DNA of 64,000 nt from an uncultured Verrucomicrobiae bacterium (GTDB lineage: Bacteria > Verrucomicrobiota > Verrucomicrobiia > Limisphaerales > JAFGQR01). The notes under the pieces were generated by a model. It saw only the letters and a program-made list of their open reading frames with translations. It did not search any database and was not told the DNA's origin. Both the position numbers and the translations under genes were made by a program. The stretch is taken from contig CAWBHS010000089.1 in assembly GCA_963788655.1 (NCBI GenBank), positions 32,001-96,000 on the forward strand, read 5' to 3'. Position 1 is the stretch's first letter. Each line of letters starts with the position of its first letter. Shown piece by piece: positions 17,724 through 31,927 of this stretch.

Positions 17724-20700
17724 ATGAAACGTCGTATCATTTCCTCCCTGGTGATTCTCTTCCTATGTAGCCCCGCTGTGCTTCCGTTGTTCGCGGCGGA
17801 TACTATCGTCATTTCGGAATTCATGGCCAATAACAATGGGATCCTTGCGGACGAGGACGGCGACTTTTCGGATTGGATTGAACTCCATAATCCCACGGCC
17901 ACGGTCGTCGAGCTGGAAGGCTATTACCTGAGCGATGATCCGGGCCTGCTGACCAAGTGGGCCTTCCCGGCGGTCAGCCTGTCGCCGGACGGCTATTTGG
18001 TGGTGTTCGCATCCGGCAAGAACCGCTCCAATCCGGGCGGCCAGTTGCACACGAGTTTTCAATTGAATACTGATGGCGAGTTTCTGGCGCTGGTGTTGCC
18101 GGATGGGCACACGCTGGCCAGCGTGTTCAATCCGGAGTATCCACCACAACGCGAGGACGTGGCCTACGGCGTGGCCCAACAACCCGTGTCCATCGCACTT
18201 ATCGCCAGCTCGGTGCCGCAGATTCTGGTGCCGGCCAATGCCGGCGAATTACCGGCGAATTGGAGCGCGGTCGATTTCCAACCCGACGGCAATTGGATTA
18301 ATGGCAGCGCCCCGGCGGCTATTGGCTTCGATACCGATCAACCAACGGCCACGCCCGTAAACGTCGCTCCCGGTGGCACAGCCGTGCAAAGCACCACCTC
18401 CGGCGGTAACACCGCCAACCTGGCCACCGATGGCAGCACGGCAAATTTCACCCACACCCTGTCCGCTGACACTTCGCCATTTTGGCAGGTTACACTGGCC
18501 AGTGAAACCGCCGTGTATCGTGTCGTATTGCGCAATCGCACGAGTTGCTGCCAGTCCCGGTTGCGCGATATCACCGTGCAAATTCTTTCGGCGGACGGCA
18601 ACGCCACCAACTACAACTCTTCCCTGCTCAACGCGGAGAATGTGGGTTACACCTATCCGGCTGGCCCGGCTTCGATTGAAGTCGATTTGACCGCGCTGGC
18701 GGGCGGCCCGGTGTTGGGCCAGGTGATACGGGTGTTGCGCGCGCCGGACCCGGACCTTTCCGGCAGTGGTGGCCAGGGCGGTGCTGACGAAGTTGCCGTG
18801 TTGTCGTTGGCGGAAGTTGAGGTCCATGGCGTGCCCACGGCTACTGAAGTGAATCTGGCCCGCACCGGCAGTCCGGCGCCCACCGCGTCCCAATCGTCCA
18901 CTTTGAGCACTTACACTCCGGACCTCGCCATCAATGGCAACCTCGGTGATTTCACGCATACCGCCAGCGCGGACTCCAATCCCACTTGGACCCTCAATCT
19001 GGGGCGCCGCTCCGTGGTCAATTCCGTGACGATTCACAACCGTGATGACTGCTGCGGATCGCGATTGCGCGACCTCACCGTGCAAATTCTCGACACCGAC
19101 GGTTCGACCGCGGTTTATACTTCACCCTTGTTGAATCCGGAGAATGCCGGTTACAGTTTTCCGAACGGCCCAGACCATCTCGATGTTGTTCCTCCCGCGC
19201 CGGTGCTCGGCCAATACGTGCGCATCCGGCGGACCCCGGACCCCGATCTTTCCGGCACTGGTGGCCAGGGTAATACTGACGAAGCCGGTGTCTTAGCCCT
19301 GGGCGAAGTGATCGTGCTGGGTTTGGATGTGAACGGCTATCGTCCGTTTATCCGCACCGACCTCGAGAACCAAATGCTCGGCAACAATGCTTCGGCGTTT
19401 GTGCGCCTACCCTTTACGGTGGATGATCCGTCGGTGCTGGATGAACTCACGTTGCGGTTGCGCTACGACGACGGATTTATTGCCTATCTTAATGGGGTGA
19501 AAATCGCCGAACGTAACGCGCCCGCCACGCCCGCCTGGAATTCGGCTGCCACCGTTGATCGCGACCTCGCCAGCGGCATCCTACCGGAAACGATTTCGTT
19601 GACTGACTACCTGCCGCAACTAATGGCCGGCGTCAACGTGCTGGCAATTCAGGCGATGAACTCGAGCGTCAGTGACGGCAATTTTCTACTCCAACCGGAA
19701 TTGACCGGCGCGCAGATTGAAGAGAGTCCGTATGCCTATCTGGTGGACGCCACACCCGGTACCCGCAACGAAACGGACTATTACTTTGGCGACGTGGCGG
19801 ACACCCAGTTCAGCGTGGACCGCGGATTCTTCGATGCACCGTTTACATTGGAGATCACTTCCGCGACGCCCGATGCACAGATCTATTATTCCTTGGACGG
19901 CAGTGAGCCCAGCGCCAGCCGGGGCCTGCTTTATACCGAACCGTTGACCATCACGAACACCACCATCGTCCGCGCCCGCGCGTTCAAGCCGGATCTCAAG
20001 CCAACAGATATTGACACGGAGACTTACATCTTTCTGGACGATGTCATTCACCAGGCGCCCACCGGGGCGGCTCCGCCCAATTTCCCCGCGTCATGGGGCC
20101 GGAACCGCGTCGATTACGGCATGGACCCAACCGTCGTGTCCAAATACTCCCTGGCCGAATGGCACGAGGCACTGACGCAAATCCCGACCATGTCGATCGT
20201 CACCGAGGTGGAGAACCTTTTTGATCCGGTGACGGGCATCTACGCCAACGCGGATGGGCACGGCGAAGACTGGGAACGGCCCAGTTCGATTGAGTTGATC
20301 GATCCGCACGGCACCCCGCAAGGCCAGTTCCAGGAGAACTGCGGGCTGCGCATTCGGGGTGGCTACAGCCGCAACACCGACTTCGTGAAACATTCCCTGC
20401 GCGTCTTTTTCCGGCGCGATTACGGAGCGGCCAAACTGCACTACCCACTCTTCGAAAACGAGGGCGCCGACACCTTTGACACGTTTGATTTGCGCACCAG
20501 CCAAAATTACGCCTGGCCGCGGGAAACCAGCTTGAGCAACGGTCAAAACGATACGCTGGTCCGCGAAGTGTTTTGCCGCGAAACCCTGGGCAAGATGGGC
20601 CAACCCTACCGTCGCTCACGCTACTATCACCTTTATCTGAATGGACAGTATTGGGGTATCTATATGACCGATGAGCGACCGGAGGCTTCCTACGGCGCCA

Positions 20701-23700
20701 CCTACCTCGGCGGTAACAAGGATGATTATGACGTGGTGAAATGTGCCAATCACATCGGCAATTTCGTGACCGAAGCCACGGATGGCAACTTCGGTACCTG
20801 GACCAATTTGTTTACCATGGGGCTAGACATGCTCGACGACAGCGGCAATGCCAATTATTTCCGCATGCTGGGCCGCAATCCGGACGGCACCCGCAATCCC
20901 GCGCTGCCCGTGATGGTCGATGCCGATAACCTGATCAATTACATGCTGGGGATTTTTTACACGGGCGACGGCGATGCCACGCTGTCGTCTTTCCTGGGAA
21001 ATACCGAACCAAACAATTGGTTTGGTATGAAGAACCGCAATAATCCCGACCAGGGTTTCTTGTTCTTCAACAGTGATTGCGAGCACACCCTGGGCGCCCC
21101 CAGCAGTCAGGTGGACCGCACCGGACCGTGGAAGGACATTGCGGGATCGAATGTCCGCAATTTCACCTATTCCAACCCGCAGTACCTGCACGAAGAATTG
21201 ATGCTCAATCCCGAGTACCGCCTCCTTTTTGCCGACCACGTGCAACGCCATTTCTTCAATGGCGGTGTGCTCACTCCGGAAGCATGCACGAATCGCTTCT
21301 TGCGCTGGGCGGACCAGATCAACCAAGCCATCCGCGCCTACGAAGCCCGCTGGGGCGACGCGAATAACGCCCACGTCAAATATTCCGCGACCGATTGGAC
21401 CAATCGCATTAACACCATCGTCAACTCCTGGTTCCCCAACCGCACGGCCACGGTGCTCCAGCAGCTCAAAGTCGATAACCTGTATCCCGCCATTAGTGCG
21501 CCGGAATTCAGTCAGCTTGGCGGCGACATTGCCGAAGGCTTCAACTTGACCATGACCAATCCCAACGCGAGCGGCGCTATTTACTACACGCTCGACGGCA
21601 CGGACCCGCGCCAGGTGGGCGGAACCGTCAATCCCACGGCCGCAGCGTACAGCAGCCCGATTGCGTTGAACGCCAGCACGCGCGTGAAAGCCCGGGTGCT
21701 CAACGGTTCAACCTGGAGCGCCCTGGTGGAAGCCGATTTTGCCATCCCCGGCATCGTGCCGTTGCGCATCACCGAATTGATGTACCACCCGGCCCCGGTG
21801 AGCGCAACCGAGGCGGCGGCGGGATTCAGCAACGCCGACGACTTCGAATTCATCGAACTGCGCAACGTCGGCGCGATCACCATCAACCTGGCCGGCATCC
21901 AATTCGTTGACGGGATCACCTTCACCTTCCCCAGCGGCAGCTTGGCGCCCGGCGAACGTATCCTGGTGGTGAAGAATCTGGCCGCCTTCAACCTGCGCTA
22001 CGGACCCGTGAGTCGTGTGGCCGGTTATTATAGCGGCAACCTGAACAATGCCGGCGAGCATCTCCGGCTCCAGGACGCGGCGGGGCGGGCCATCCTGGAT
22101 TTCTCCTACGCGGACGGGTGGTATCCCATCACGGACGGATTTGGTTTCTCGTTGGTGGCCGTGGATGAGAACGCGCCAGCTTCGACTTGGGGCAGCAAGT
22201 CCAGTTGGCAGTCGGGCAGCAACCTGGGCGGTTCGCCCGGCGCGGCCAATCCTCCGTCACCGGGAATCCCCTTCGTCGTCATCAACGAAGTGCTCACCCG
22301 GCCGGCGGCGGGCGGCAAGGTCAGCGTTGAACTCGCCAACTTGAGCGACAGTCCGGCTGATGTTGGTAACTGGTGGCTGACGGATGATTTTCGCAATCCC
22401 TGGAAGTTCCGTTTGCCGGCGAACACCATCATTCCCGTGGGCGGTTTTGTGGTATTCAATGAAGATGATTTCGGCCCGACCGCATTGGGAATGAATGCTA
22501 TACAGTTGAGCAGCGCCGGCAGCGAAATTCGCTTGTTCAGCGCGGACGCCAATGGGGATTTCACCGGCTACGTCCAAGGCTGGGACTTTGGACCGGCGGA
22601 AGCTGACGTGAGCTTTGGCCGGTACGTGATTAGCACCGGCGCGGACCATCTGGTGGCGCAAACCGCCGTGACGCTGGATGCCACGAATGCCGAACCGCGG
22701 ATTGGCCCGGTGGTGATCAGCGAGATCATGTATCGTCCACCCGACCTGGGCATGAACGACAACAGCCGGGATGAATACCTCGAACTGTTGAACACTTCCC
22801 CGAATCCGGTGCCGTTGTTTGAACCGGCTGCGCCGGTTTACACGTGGCGGGTCACGGGCGGTGTGGATTTCGCCTTGCCACCCGATCTGACTCTGGCGGC
22901 CGGCGAATACTTGTTGGTGGTCAGTTTCAATCCGGCGACTGACCCGGCATTGCTGGCCGATTTCCGCGTCCGCTATTCCGTACCCGCCAACGTTTGCATC
23001 CTGGGACCCTACAGCGGCAAGCTCGACAACTCCGGGGAAAGCGTGGAATTGCGAACGGCAATCCGGTTGCCGACCAGTCTGCCGGCTTGGGCGATAGCGG
23101 ACAAGGTTTCCTACGAAGACGCCGACCCGTGGCCGGGCGGCGCCGACGGTTACGGACCCTCGCTGCAACGTGTGGACGTGGCTGCGTACGGCAATGATCC
23201 AGTGAATTGGGTGGCGGTGGGACCGCGTCCCGGCCGGACCTTTGTCGGCGGCACGCTGCCGGTGATCACAATCCAGCCCACGGACCAAGCAGCGGTGGAG
23301 CAAACGAGCGCCACGTTTAGTGTCGAGGTGGAAGACAGCAGTGCCGTTACGTACCAGTGGCGTTTCGAAGGCCACAATATTGCGGATGCCACCAACACAA
23401 CGTATTCGATTGAGCCTGTGCAGCCCGCGGATGAGGGCTTGTATTCGGTGGTGATTCTGGGTGCGGGTGGCGCCGTGGTCAGCAGCAACGCCGCGCTCAC
23501 CGTGCTCTCATTGCCCAAAATTATCGTCCACCCGGAAAGCCAAACCGTGGATGCTGGCGGCACGGCGATGCTCTCCGTCGTCGCCTCGGGCACGGGTTCT
23601 CTGAGCTACCAATGGCGGCGCAATGGGATCGACGTTCCCGGCGCGACCAGCGCCTCGCTAACCGTGACGGATCTCCAACTCGACGTGAATGACGGGATCT

Positions 23701-24978
23701 ACACGGTGGTGGTTACCGACGCGGTGGGATCGCGCGAGAGCCATCCCGCGCTGGTGGTCTTGCTCCTGCCGCCGGCCGTTGTGGAAGGCCCCTTTCCGAC
23801 CAATCAGGTCGTGGCCTCGGGCAGCACCTTCACCATCAGTCTGACGGTTCGGGGCACGTTGCCGATCGGCTATTATTGGCGCCTCGGGAACGGGTATTAT
23901 AACTTCGAATCCGGAGGCGGGTACACCTATGCCGAGACGAACTCGGCGTACGTCAGCACGAGCGTGCTGGTGATTACCAACGCGCAGAAGGCCTTACACG
24001 AGAATAAATATCGCGTGGGCATCAGCAACAGTGTTCAGACCTACCAAACTGCCAGTGCCTATGCCTATGTGACCGTCATTGACGGCCCGGCCATTACGCT
24101 GCAGCCGACCAATCAATCGGCCGCGCTGGGTGCCCCGGTTACCTTCCATGCCGGCGCGAGCGGCGAAGCGCCGTTGACGTTCCAATGGTGGCACAATGAC
24201 GCTCCGATCGCCGGCGCCACCGGCACCAGTTACAGCCTCAACAGCGTGCAGGCCAGCGACGCCGGCGCGTACACGTTTGTGGCGAGCAATCCGGCCGCCA
24301 GCGCCACGAGCCACGTGGCGTATCTGACGCTGCCCGTGGCTCCGACCATTGTCACGCAACCGGCGGATCAAGCGGTGCATGTCTGCTCGAATGCGGTGTT
24401 CACGGTCGAAGCCAGCGGGGCGCCCTTGAGCTACCAATGGTGGTTCAATGCGACCAATCGCCTGGCCAATGAAACCAATGCCAGCCTGGTGATCGTTCAG
24501 CCGGGCCTGGCCGATGAGGGCCGTTACTCGGTGGTGGTCAGCAATCTCTTTGGCGCGACGCCGAGTGACGCCGCCACGTTGACCCTGCTCGACGGGGACA
24601 GCGATGGTGACGGCATGAGCGACACCTGGGAACTGGCGCACGGCTTGAATCCTTGCGATGCGTCGGACCGCGATCTCGACCCGGACCAGGACGGGCGCAC
24701 CAACTGGCAGGAATTTGTTAGCGGCACCGACCCGGGCAGCAACGCCAGCGTTCTGCGGGTGAGTTTGGTGGGTGACAGCGGGGGAGCGCGCATTCAATTC
24801 GAAGCGGCGCCCAATGTCGGGTACACGATCCAGGTACCGGACCAGCTTGACGGAAGGGCCTTGGCTGAAATTGACCGACATCGAACCCGCAGCGACTCCG
24901 CCGTCGGTGGACTTCCTGGATCCCAACGTAGCGGCCGATGGCGGACGGTTCTATCGCATCGTCACGCCCAGGCAGTAA
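17724..24978 (+). CDS. giant secreted protein: lamin-tail domains, two F-type-lectin/discoidin domains, CotH kinase, Ig repeats, Asp-rich Ca-binding repeat (frameshift near 24833)
   Basis: ISEFMANN/DWIELHN, NRDDCCGSRL, LRIRGGYSR..YLNGQYWGIY, ITELMYHP, YQW Ig repeats, DSDGDGMSD. True C-terminus ...RFYRIVTPRQ* lies in ORF 24772..24978. Confidence 0.85.
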
Positions 24979-25131
24979 TAGGCAGAACCTCTTCGGTTCG
25001 GAGTCCCGGCTTTAGCCGGTCAAAGCATGCATCCAAGAGCGGGCACCCAACGGTTAGGCCCCCGGTTCTGATGAATCATACAACGGCGGTTGATTAGGCA
25101 CCGAGAACGCGAAGATTTTGGACGGTTCATT

Positions 25132-25202
25132 TCACCGCAAAGACACGGAGAGCGCAAAGAATCTGGTTCGGAATCTTTGCGCCCTTCGTGTCTTTGCGGT
25201 GA
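25132..25202. repeat. 29-bp inverted repeat (27/29 match)
   Basis: TCACCGCAAAGACACGGAGAGCGCAAAGA ... TCTTTGCGCCCTTCGTGTCTTTGCGGTGA. Confidence 0.85.
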
Positions 25203-25419
25203 GTCAGGCGGCCTACTTGCAGTTCTGACGGTCGGAGTCGATATTCGCGCTGCTTTGGGTTGGAGCTCTGCTGTTGCAAGTGGCGACGAGATTTTCTGCG
25301 CGCGGCACCAACCTACCACGATTTAGCGCGAACGCCTTGCCGGCTGAAGCCGACTCCAAACTTGGCGTGGGGATTTTGCTTGCGACTCGGCTTGGTCGCA
25401 GGCATCACCGCCTCACGCA

Positions 25420-28157
25420 ATGACACTCTTGAAGAACGTTCTTTCCTGCCTGGCAGTGGCAATCACGACAGTTGGATCGTGCTTGGCCGGCGACCTGGTC
25501 CCGACCTCACTCGAATGCGAATACGCGCAAAATCCGCTCGGCGTTGATCTGCCGGCGCCGCGGCTTTTCTGGAAACTCGCGAGCCGCACCCGCGGCCAGC
25601 GGCAAACGGCTTATCGCATCCTGGTGGCTTCATCGCCTGAACGATTGCGCCTGGAAGAAGGCGATCTGTGGGACAGCGGCAAGGTCAGTTCCGAGGCAAC
25701 CATCCAGATCCATTACGCGGGCAAACCGCTCCGGACATGTCACAGCAGGTTTTTTGGAAAGTCCGGGTATGGGACAAAGACGGCGAAGCGTTGAACTGGA
25801 CTGAGCCCGCCACTTGGACCATGGGGGTGCTGGACCGCGCGGATTGGCAGGCGCAATGGATCAGTGCCGCAGCTCTCGAAACGAACCACAACGCACTGGC
25901 GACCTTGCTGCTGCGCCGGGAGGTCGCCATCAAGCCGCGGCTCGTCCGTGCGGTGATGCACCTCTGCGGGCTTGGCCAATACGAATTGACACTCAACGGC
26001 CGCAAAGTGGGCGCGGATTTACTGGCGCCCGGTTGGACGAAGTATGACCGGACCTGTCTCTATGACACGCACGATTTGACGCCGCTGCTGCACGAAGGCA
26101 CGAATGCCCTGGGCCTGTTGCTGGGAAACGGGATGTACCATGTCACCGGCGGCCGGTACACCAAGTTCAAAGGTTCGTTCGGGCCGCTCAAGCTGATGGC
26201 GCAGTTGCGGTTGGAGTATGCCGACGGAACCATGCAGCTCATCGGCACTGACCCGCAATGGCGCGTGGCTCCGGGGCCAATCACGTTCTCGTGCATTTTC
26301 GGTGGCGAGGACTATGACGCCCGCCTCAAGCCGGCCGGTTGGAACCAGCCAGGATTCGCTGATGCGAACTGGGACCGCGCCGTGGTGGTGCCGGGTCCAG
26401 GCGGCCAATTGCGGGGATTGTCCTGCGCGGCGCCACCCATTCGGGCCATCGAAGTGCTGAAGCCGGTGAGCGTGACGGATCTCAGCCCGGGCCTACGCGT
26501 TTATGATCTTGGTCAAAATGCCTCCATTATGCCGCGCTTCCAAGTTCGGGGCCCAGCGGGTTCGGTCGTAAAGATCACTCCGGCGGAACTGCTGCGGGAG
26601 GATGGTTCGGTGGACCGGGGCTCATGCGGCGGCGGGGAGGCCTACTGGAAATACACGTTGTCCGGAAAGGGAACTGAATCCTGGTTTCCCAAGTTCTGGT
26701 ATCACGGCAGCCGCTATCTGCAGGTCGCGTGTACGGCCGCCAGTGGGAAGGGCGAGCGGCCGAAGGTGGAATCGTTGGAGGGGGTGGTCGTGCATTCCTC
26801 CTCGTCGCCGGTGGGTGAGTTTGCCTGCTCCAATGAGTTGTTCAATCGCATCCGCCAACTGGTGCGCTGGGCGCAACGCAGCAATCTCCAGCACGTCATT
26901 ACCGATTGTCCGCACCGCGAACGTTTGGGCTGGTTGGAGCAATATCATTTGAATGGACCGTCGCTGCGTTATGAATTCGACTTGGCCCAGATCTTCACCA
27001 AAGGCATGAATGACATGGCTGATTCCCAGTTGGACAACGGCCTGGTACCGGACATCGCGCCGGAATACACGGTGTTCTCCGGCGGGTTCCGCGATTCGCC
27101 TGAATGGGGCAGCGCGTATGTCATCGTGCCCTGGCAGCAATATGAATGGACGGGCGACCTGGATTTGCTGCGCGCGCATTACCCTGGCATGCAACGCTAC
27201 GTTGCCTACCTGGGCAGCCACGCTAAAAACCATATCGTTTCCCATGGCTTGGGCGACTGGTACGACCGCGGCCCGAAGCCGCCCGGCCCCGCGCAGTTGA
27301 CGCCGTGCGAGTTGACCGCCACCGCGTTCTACTACGAAGACACGCATATCCTGGCACAAACTGCCCGACTCCTGGGCCAACCTGACGACGCCCACAAATA
27401 CGACCAACTGGCAAACAACATCCGCGCGGCCTTCAACCGGGCCTTGTTCAATCCGACCACCGGCCAATACGCCACCGGCTCGCAATGCGCCAATTCGATG
27501 CCGCTGGTGATGGGATTGGCGGACCCCACGGCCCGCGCTGGCTTGGTGGAGGCCGTGGTCCAGGATGTCCGGCGCCGCGGTAATGTGCTGACGCCGGGCG
27601 ACGTGGGGTATCGCTATCTGTTGCGTGCGCTGGCGGACGGCGGTCGGTCCGACGTAATCTTTTACCTCAACAACCAGTCCGCGACGCCGGGCTACGGTTA
27701 CCAATTGAAACAGGGCGCCACCAGTCTGACCGAAGCCTGGGATGCCGGACGCGGCTCTTCGCAAAACCATTTCATGTTGGGCCACATCATGGAATGGTTT
27801 TATCACGACCTGGCCGGCATTCAAGGCGACCCGGCCGGACCTGGTTTCAAGCAAATCATCATTCACCCGCAACCGGTCGGTAACGTCACGTGGACGCGGG
27901 CCAGTTATGATTCGATTCGCGGACGTATCGTCTCGGACTGGCGAATTACCGGCGGGAAATTTGAGCTACGGATTTCGATTCCGGCGAATACTCGGGCGAC
28001 GGTTTTCGTCCCCGGTTCGTCCGCGGACTTGGTGACGGAGGGCGGCCGACCGGCGGCGACGGCGCCAGGGGTGACATTTGCGCGATTGGTGCCGAAGACA
28101 GTGGTGTTCACCGTCGAGTCCGGCAGTTACCTGTTCGCTTCGGCGCTGCCGGAGTGA
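25420..28157 (+). CDS. alpha-L-rhamnosidase, GH78 (frameshift near 25735)
   Basis: CEYAQNPLGVD, WDSGKV, DLGQN, TDCPHRERLGW, GATSLTEAW, SQNHFMLG. Confidence 0.9.
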
Positions 28158-28255
28158 GTACCGAGAGAATCGTTCCTTGACCTGCTTTTGCCGACTGCTA
28201 ATTTGGACCATCACTGTCATACGAACATAGATCGATAGCAATAAACGCAATTTAA

Positions 28256-28945
28256 ATGAAATCATACAGCATCCTCGCTCTGACGCTTGGGGTATCGGTT
28301 GTGGCCGCGGGCGCCGCGGACACCGTGAATCTCAAAGATACCAAGCAACGGGTCAGTTACAGCATCGGCGCCGACATTGGCGCGAACTTCAAACGCCAGG
28401 GTATCGAGGTGGATCCCAAAGCATTGGCCGCCGGCATTACCGACTCGCTGACCGGGAAGACGGCGTTGACCGAAGCTGAAATGAAGGAAACCATGATGAA
28501 TTTCCGGAAGGAGTTTATGGCGAAAATGGAAGCCAAACAAAAAGTCGATGGCGAAAAGAATGTCCAGGAAGGGGAAGCCTTTCTGGCGGCCAACGCCAAA
28601 AAAGCCGGTGTCAAAACCACCGCCAGCGGCCTGCAATACAAGGTGATCAAATCCGGTAAAGGGGAATCCCCGCAAGCCACGGACAAGGTCAAAGTGCATT
28701 ATCATGGCACCCTGATTGACGGCACGGTCTTCGACAGTTCGGTGGACCGTGGGGAGCCCGTCACCTTCGGCGTCAACCAGGTTATTCCCGGCTGGACCGA
28801 GGCCCTGCAACTGATGAAGGTGGGTGACAAGTGGCAGTTGTTTATTCCTGCCAAACTCGCCTACGGCGAACGCGGCGCCGGGGGCAAAATCGGTCCCAAT
28901 GCCACGTTGATTTTTGACGTCGAATTGCTCGCCATCGAGAAATAG
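28256..28945 (+). CDS. FKBP-type peptidyl-prolyl isomerase (Mip/FkpA-like)
   Basis: SYSIG, TASGLQY, VHYHGTLIDGTVFDSS, VIPGW, AYG, LIFDVEL. Confidence 0.95.
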   Translation: MKSYSILALTLGVSVVAAGAADTVNLKDTKQRVSYSIGADIGANFKRQGIEVDPKALAAGITDSLTGKTALTEAEMKETMMNFRKEFMAKMEAKQKVDGEKNVQEGEAFLAANAKKAGVKTTASGLQYKVIKSGKGESPQATDKVKVHYHGTLIDGTVFDSSVDRGEPVTFGVNQVIPGWTEALQLMKVGDKWQLFIPAKLAYGERGAGGKIGPNATLIFDVELLAIEK

Positions 28946-28999
28946 CGCGGCGTTTGATGGGGCGTTTTAAGTCCCGCCTTCAGGTGGCGGTGCCGGCTT

Positions 29000-29170
29000 G
29001 GTAGGGCGAGACTCTGTCGAGCCCTGAGTTCTCCGCGGCAATCTCAGTTTTCATCTAACGAAATTGTGGGGGGCTTTGGCGTTCCGAAGGCCCAAGGTTT
29101 TTATTTGATGGGCTGCCGGCTTCCGAATCCACACCTGAGAAACCAGGGCTCGGCGGAGTCTTGCCCCACC
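29000..29170. repeat. GTAG-type REPIN-like inverted repeat (27-bp arms)
   Basis: GGTAGGGCGAGACTCTGTCGAGCCCTG versus the reverse complement of CAGGGCTCGGCGGAGTCTTGCCCCACC: 23/27, all mismatches transitions. Confidence 0.75.
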
Positions 29171-29297
29171 GGAGTTGGATTGCGACTCGACTCCGCCGCA
29201 CCACGGGTCGTTGTTCGCGCCGCAAAGTAAGGATTGCCCACGCCGACTGGCTGGCGATATGGTAATTCCCGCTGCAAGTGAACTCGGAATTTAGTGC

Positions 29298-30251
29298 ATG
29301 ACCATGATCACGCCCAATTTCCAAGCCAGTGTAACCGCACCGGTAACGCCAGCCATCCAACGGGCCAAGTGGATGCTGTTCCAGCCGTTCGATTTCACGA
29401 AGTGGTTGGTGATGGGTTTCTGTGCCTGGCTGGCGTATTTGGGACAAGGCGGAGGCAGTGGTGGTGGGGGAGGTTTCGGTTCGAAAATGCGTTCGAGCCC
29501 GCGAAACGCTTCGCGCCAGTTCCACGAGCTGAAAGATTATGTCTTGAACAACCTGGACTGGCTGGTGCCGCTCGCCGTGGGTGTGGCGTTGGTGGGGGTA
29601 TTGATCTGGCTGTTGGTGATGTGGCTCAGCAGCCGCGGCCGGTTCATGTTTCTGCACTGTGTCATCGCGAACACCGCGGAAGTCGTGCTGCCCTGGCAAC
29701 GGTTTGCCGCCCAGGGAAACAGTCTGTTTCTCTTCCGCATCGGGCTCGGGCTCCTGACCTTCCTGGTGTTGGCGCCGTTGTTGCTTGTGATCGGCGGATT
29801 GGTTATCGCCATGATGTCGCAGGGGCAGGCCCGGCTGTTATTGGTCTCCGGGGCGCTCACTGCTTTCATCGCTGCCGTGGGGCTGGGAGTAACCTTTGCG
29901 GTGGCCTTCAAATTCACCGAGGATTTCGTGGTGCCCATCATGTTCCTGCGGCGAGGTAATTGCCTGGAGGGTTGGCGGGAATTTCTGGGACTGCTGGCGG
30001 TGAACAAGGCCAACTTCGCCCTCTACATCGTATTCGTGATGGTCATTAAAATCGTCATCGCCATGCTGATTTTGGTGATCGTGCTGGCAACGTGCTGCAC
30101 GGCCGGCTGCTTGCTGGCAATTCCCTATGTCGGTACGGTGCTGCTGCTACCCGTGCTGGCTTTTGAACGATCGTATTCCCTCTATTACCTGGCGCAATAC
30201 GACGCGCCCTACGATGTGTTTGCCGCGGCCACAGCGGGAACGGGGGAGTGA
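29298..30251 (+). CDS. multi-pass membrane protein of unknown function
   Basis: About 6 hydrophobic segments and a Gly-rich loop. Confidence 0.75.
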   Translation: MTMITPNFQASVTAPVTPAIQRAKWMLFQPFDFTKWLVMGFCAWLAYLGQGGGSGGGGGFGSKMRSSPRNASRQFHELKDYVLNNLDWLVPLAVGVALVGVLIWLLVMWLSSRGRFMFLHCVIANTAEVVLPWQRFAAQGNSLFLFRIGLGLLTFLVLAPLLLVIGGLVIAMMSQGQARLLLVSGALTAFIAAVGLGVTFAVAFKFTEDFVVPIMFLRRGNCLEGWREFLGLLAVNKANFALYIVFVMVIKIVIAMLILVIVLATCCTAGCLLAIPYVGTVLLLPVLAFERSYSLYYLAQYDAPYDVFAAATAGTGE

Positions 30252-30299
30252 GTAGATGCCACCGCCATCTGGCATCCGGCATTCAGCATCCCTCCACTC

Positions 30300-30539
30300 T
30301 CACGCCAGTTTCCCGTGTGTGCCGTCGCATAACGGAGCGTTGGCGGAATGCTTGCAAGCGCACCAAGCCACGGATTTTTCCTCGGTGACCTCAACTTTCG
30401 TGGGCGCCAGACCGGTGCCTTTATGCGAGCCGTCGCAAAATGGTTGGCCTTGGGAGCGACCGCAGGCACACCACCAATAGATGCCCGGAACTACGTTCTG
30501 CACGATCGGGGATTTTTGAAATACAACAGGTTCAGCCAT
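30300..30539 (-). CDS. CDGSH iron-sulfur protein with two CDGSH motifs (MiNT/CISD3 type)
   Basis: WWCACGRS..QPFCDGSH and WCACKHS..APLCDGTH. Confidence 0.92.
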   Translation of the reverse strand: MAEPVVFQKSPIVQNVVPGIYWWCACGRSQGQPFCDGSHKGTGLAPTKVEVTEEKSVAWCACKHSANAPLCDGTHGKLA

Positions 30540-30638
30540 AAGCGTGATATGAGTTTGGATTTGTTATCGTGTTGCCGGGGTGTTGCGGGGGAGGTTGGAG
30601 CCTCTTTGGCATTACCGTCCCGCGCTGTTAGCCAACGG

Positions 30639-31870
<1,232 letters not shown>

Positions 31871-31927
31871 GGGCGCCGATTAAACGGGGAAGCCTGACAG
31901 AACGCAAAGCCGAAAATGAACTGGCAA

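Noticed and set aside
24834..25097. C-terminus of the 2457-aa ORF as given in the track
   Set aside because: Out-of-frame read-through after an indel; the alternative frame gives the conserved RFYRI ending.
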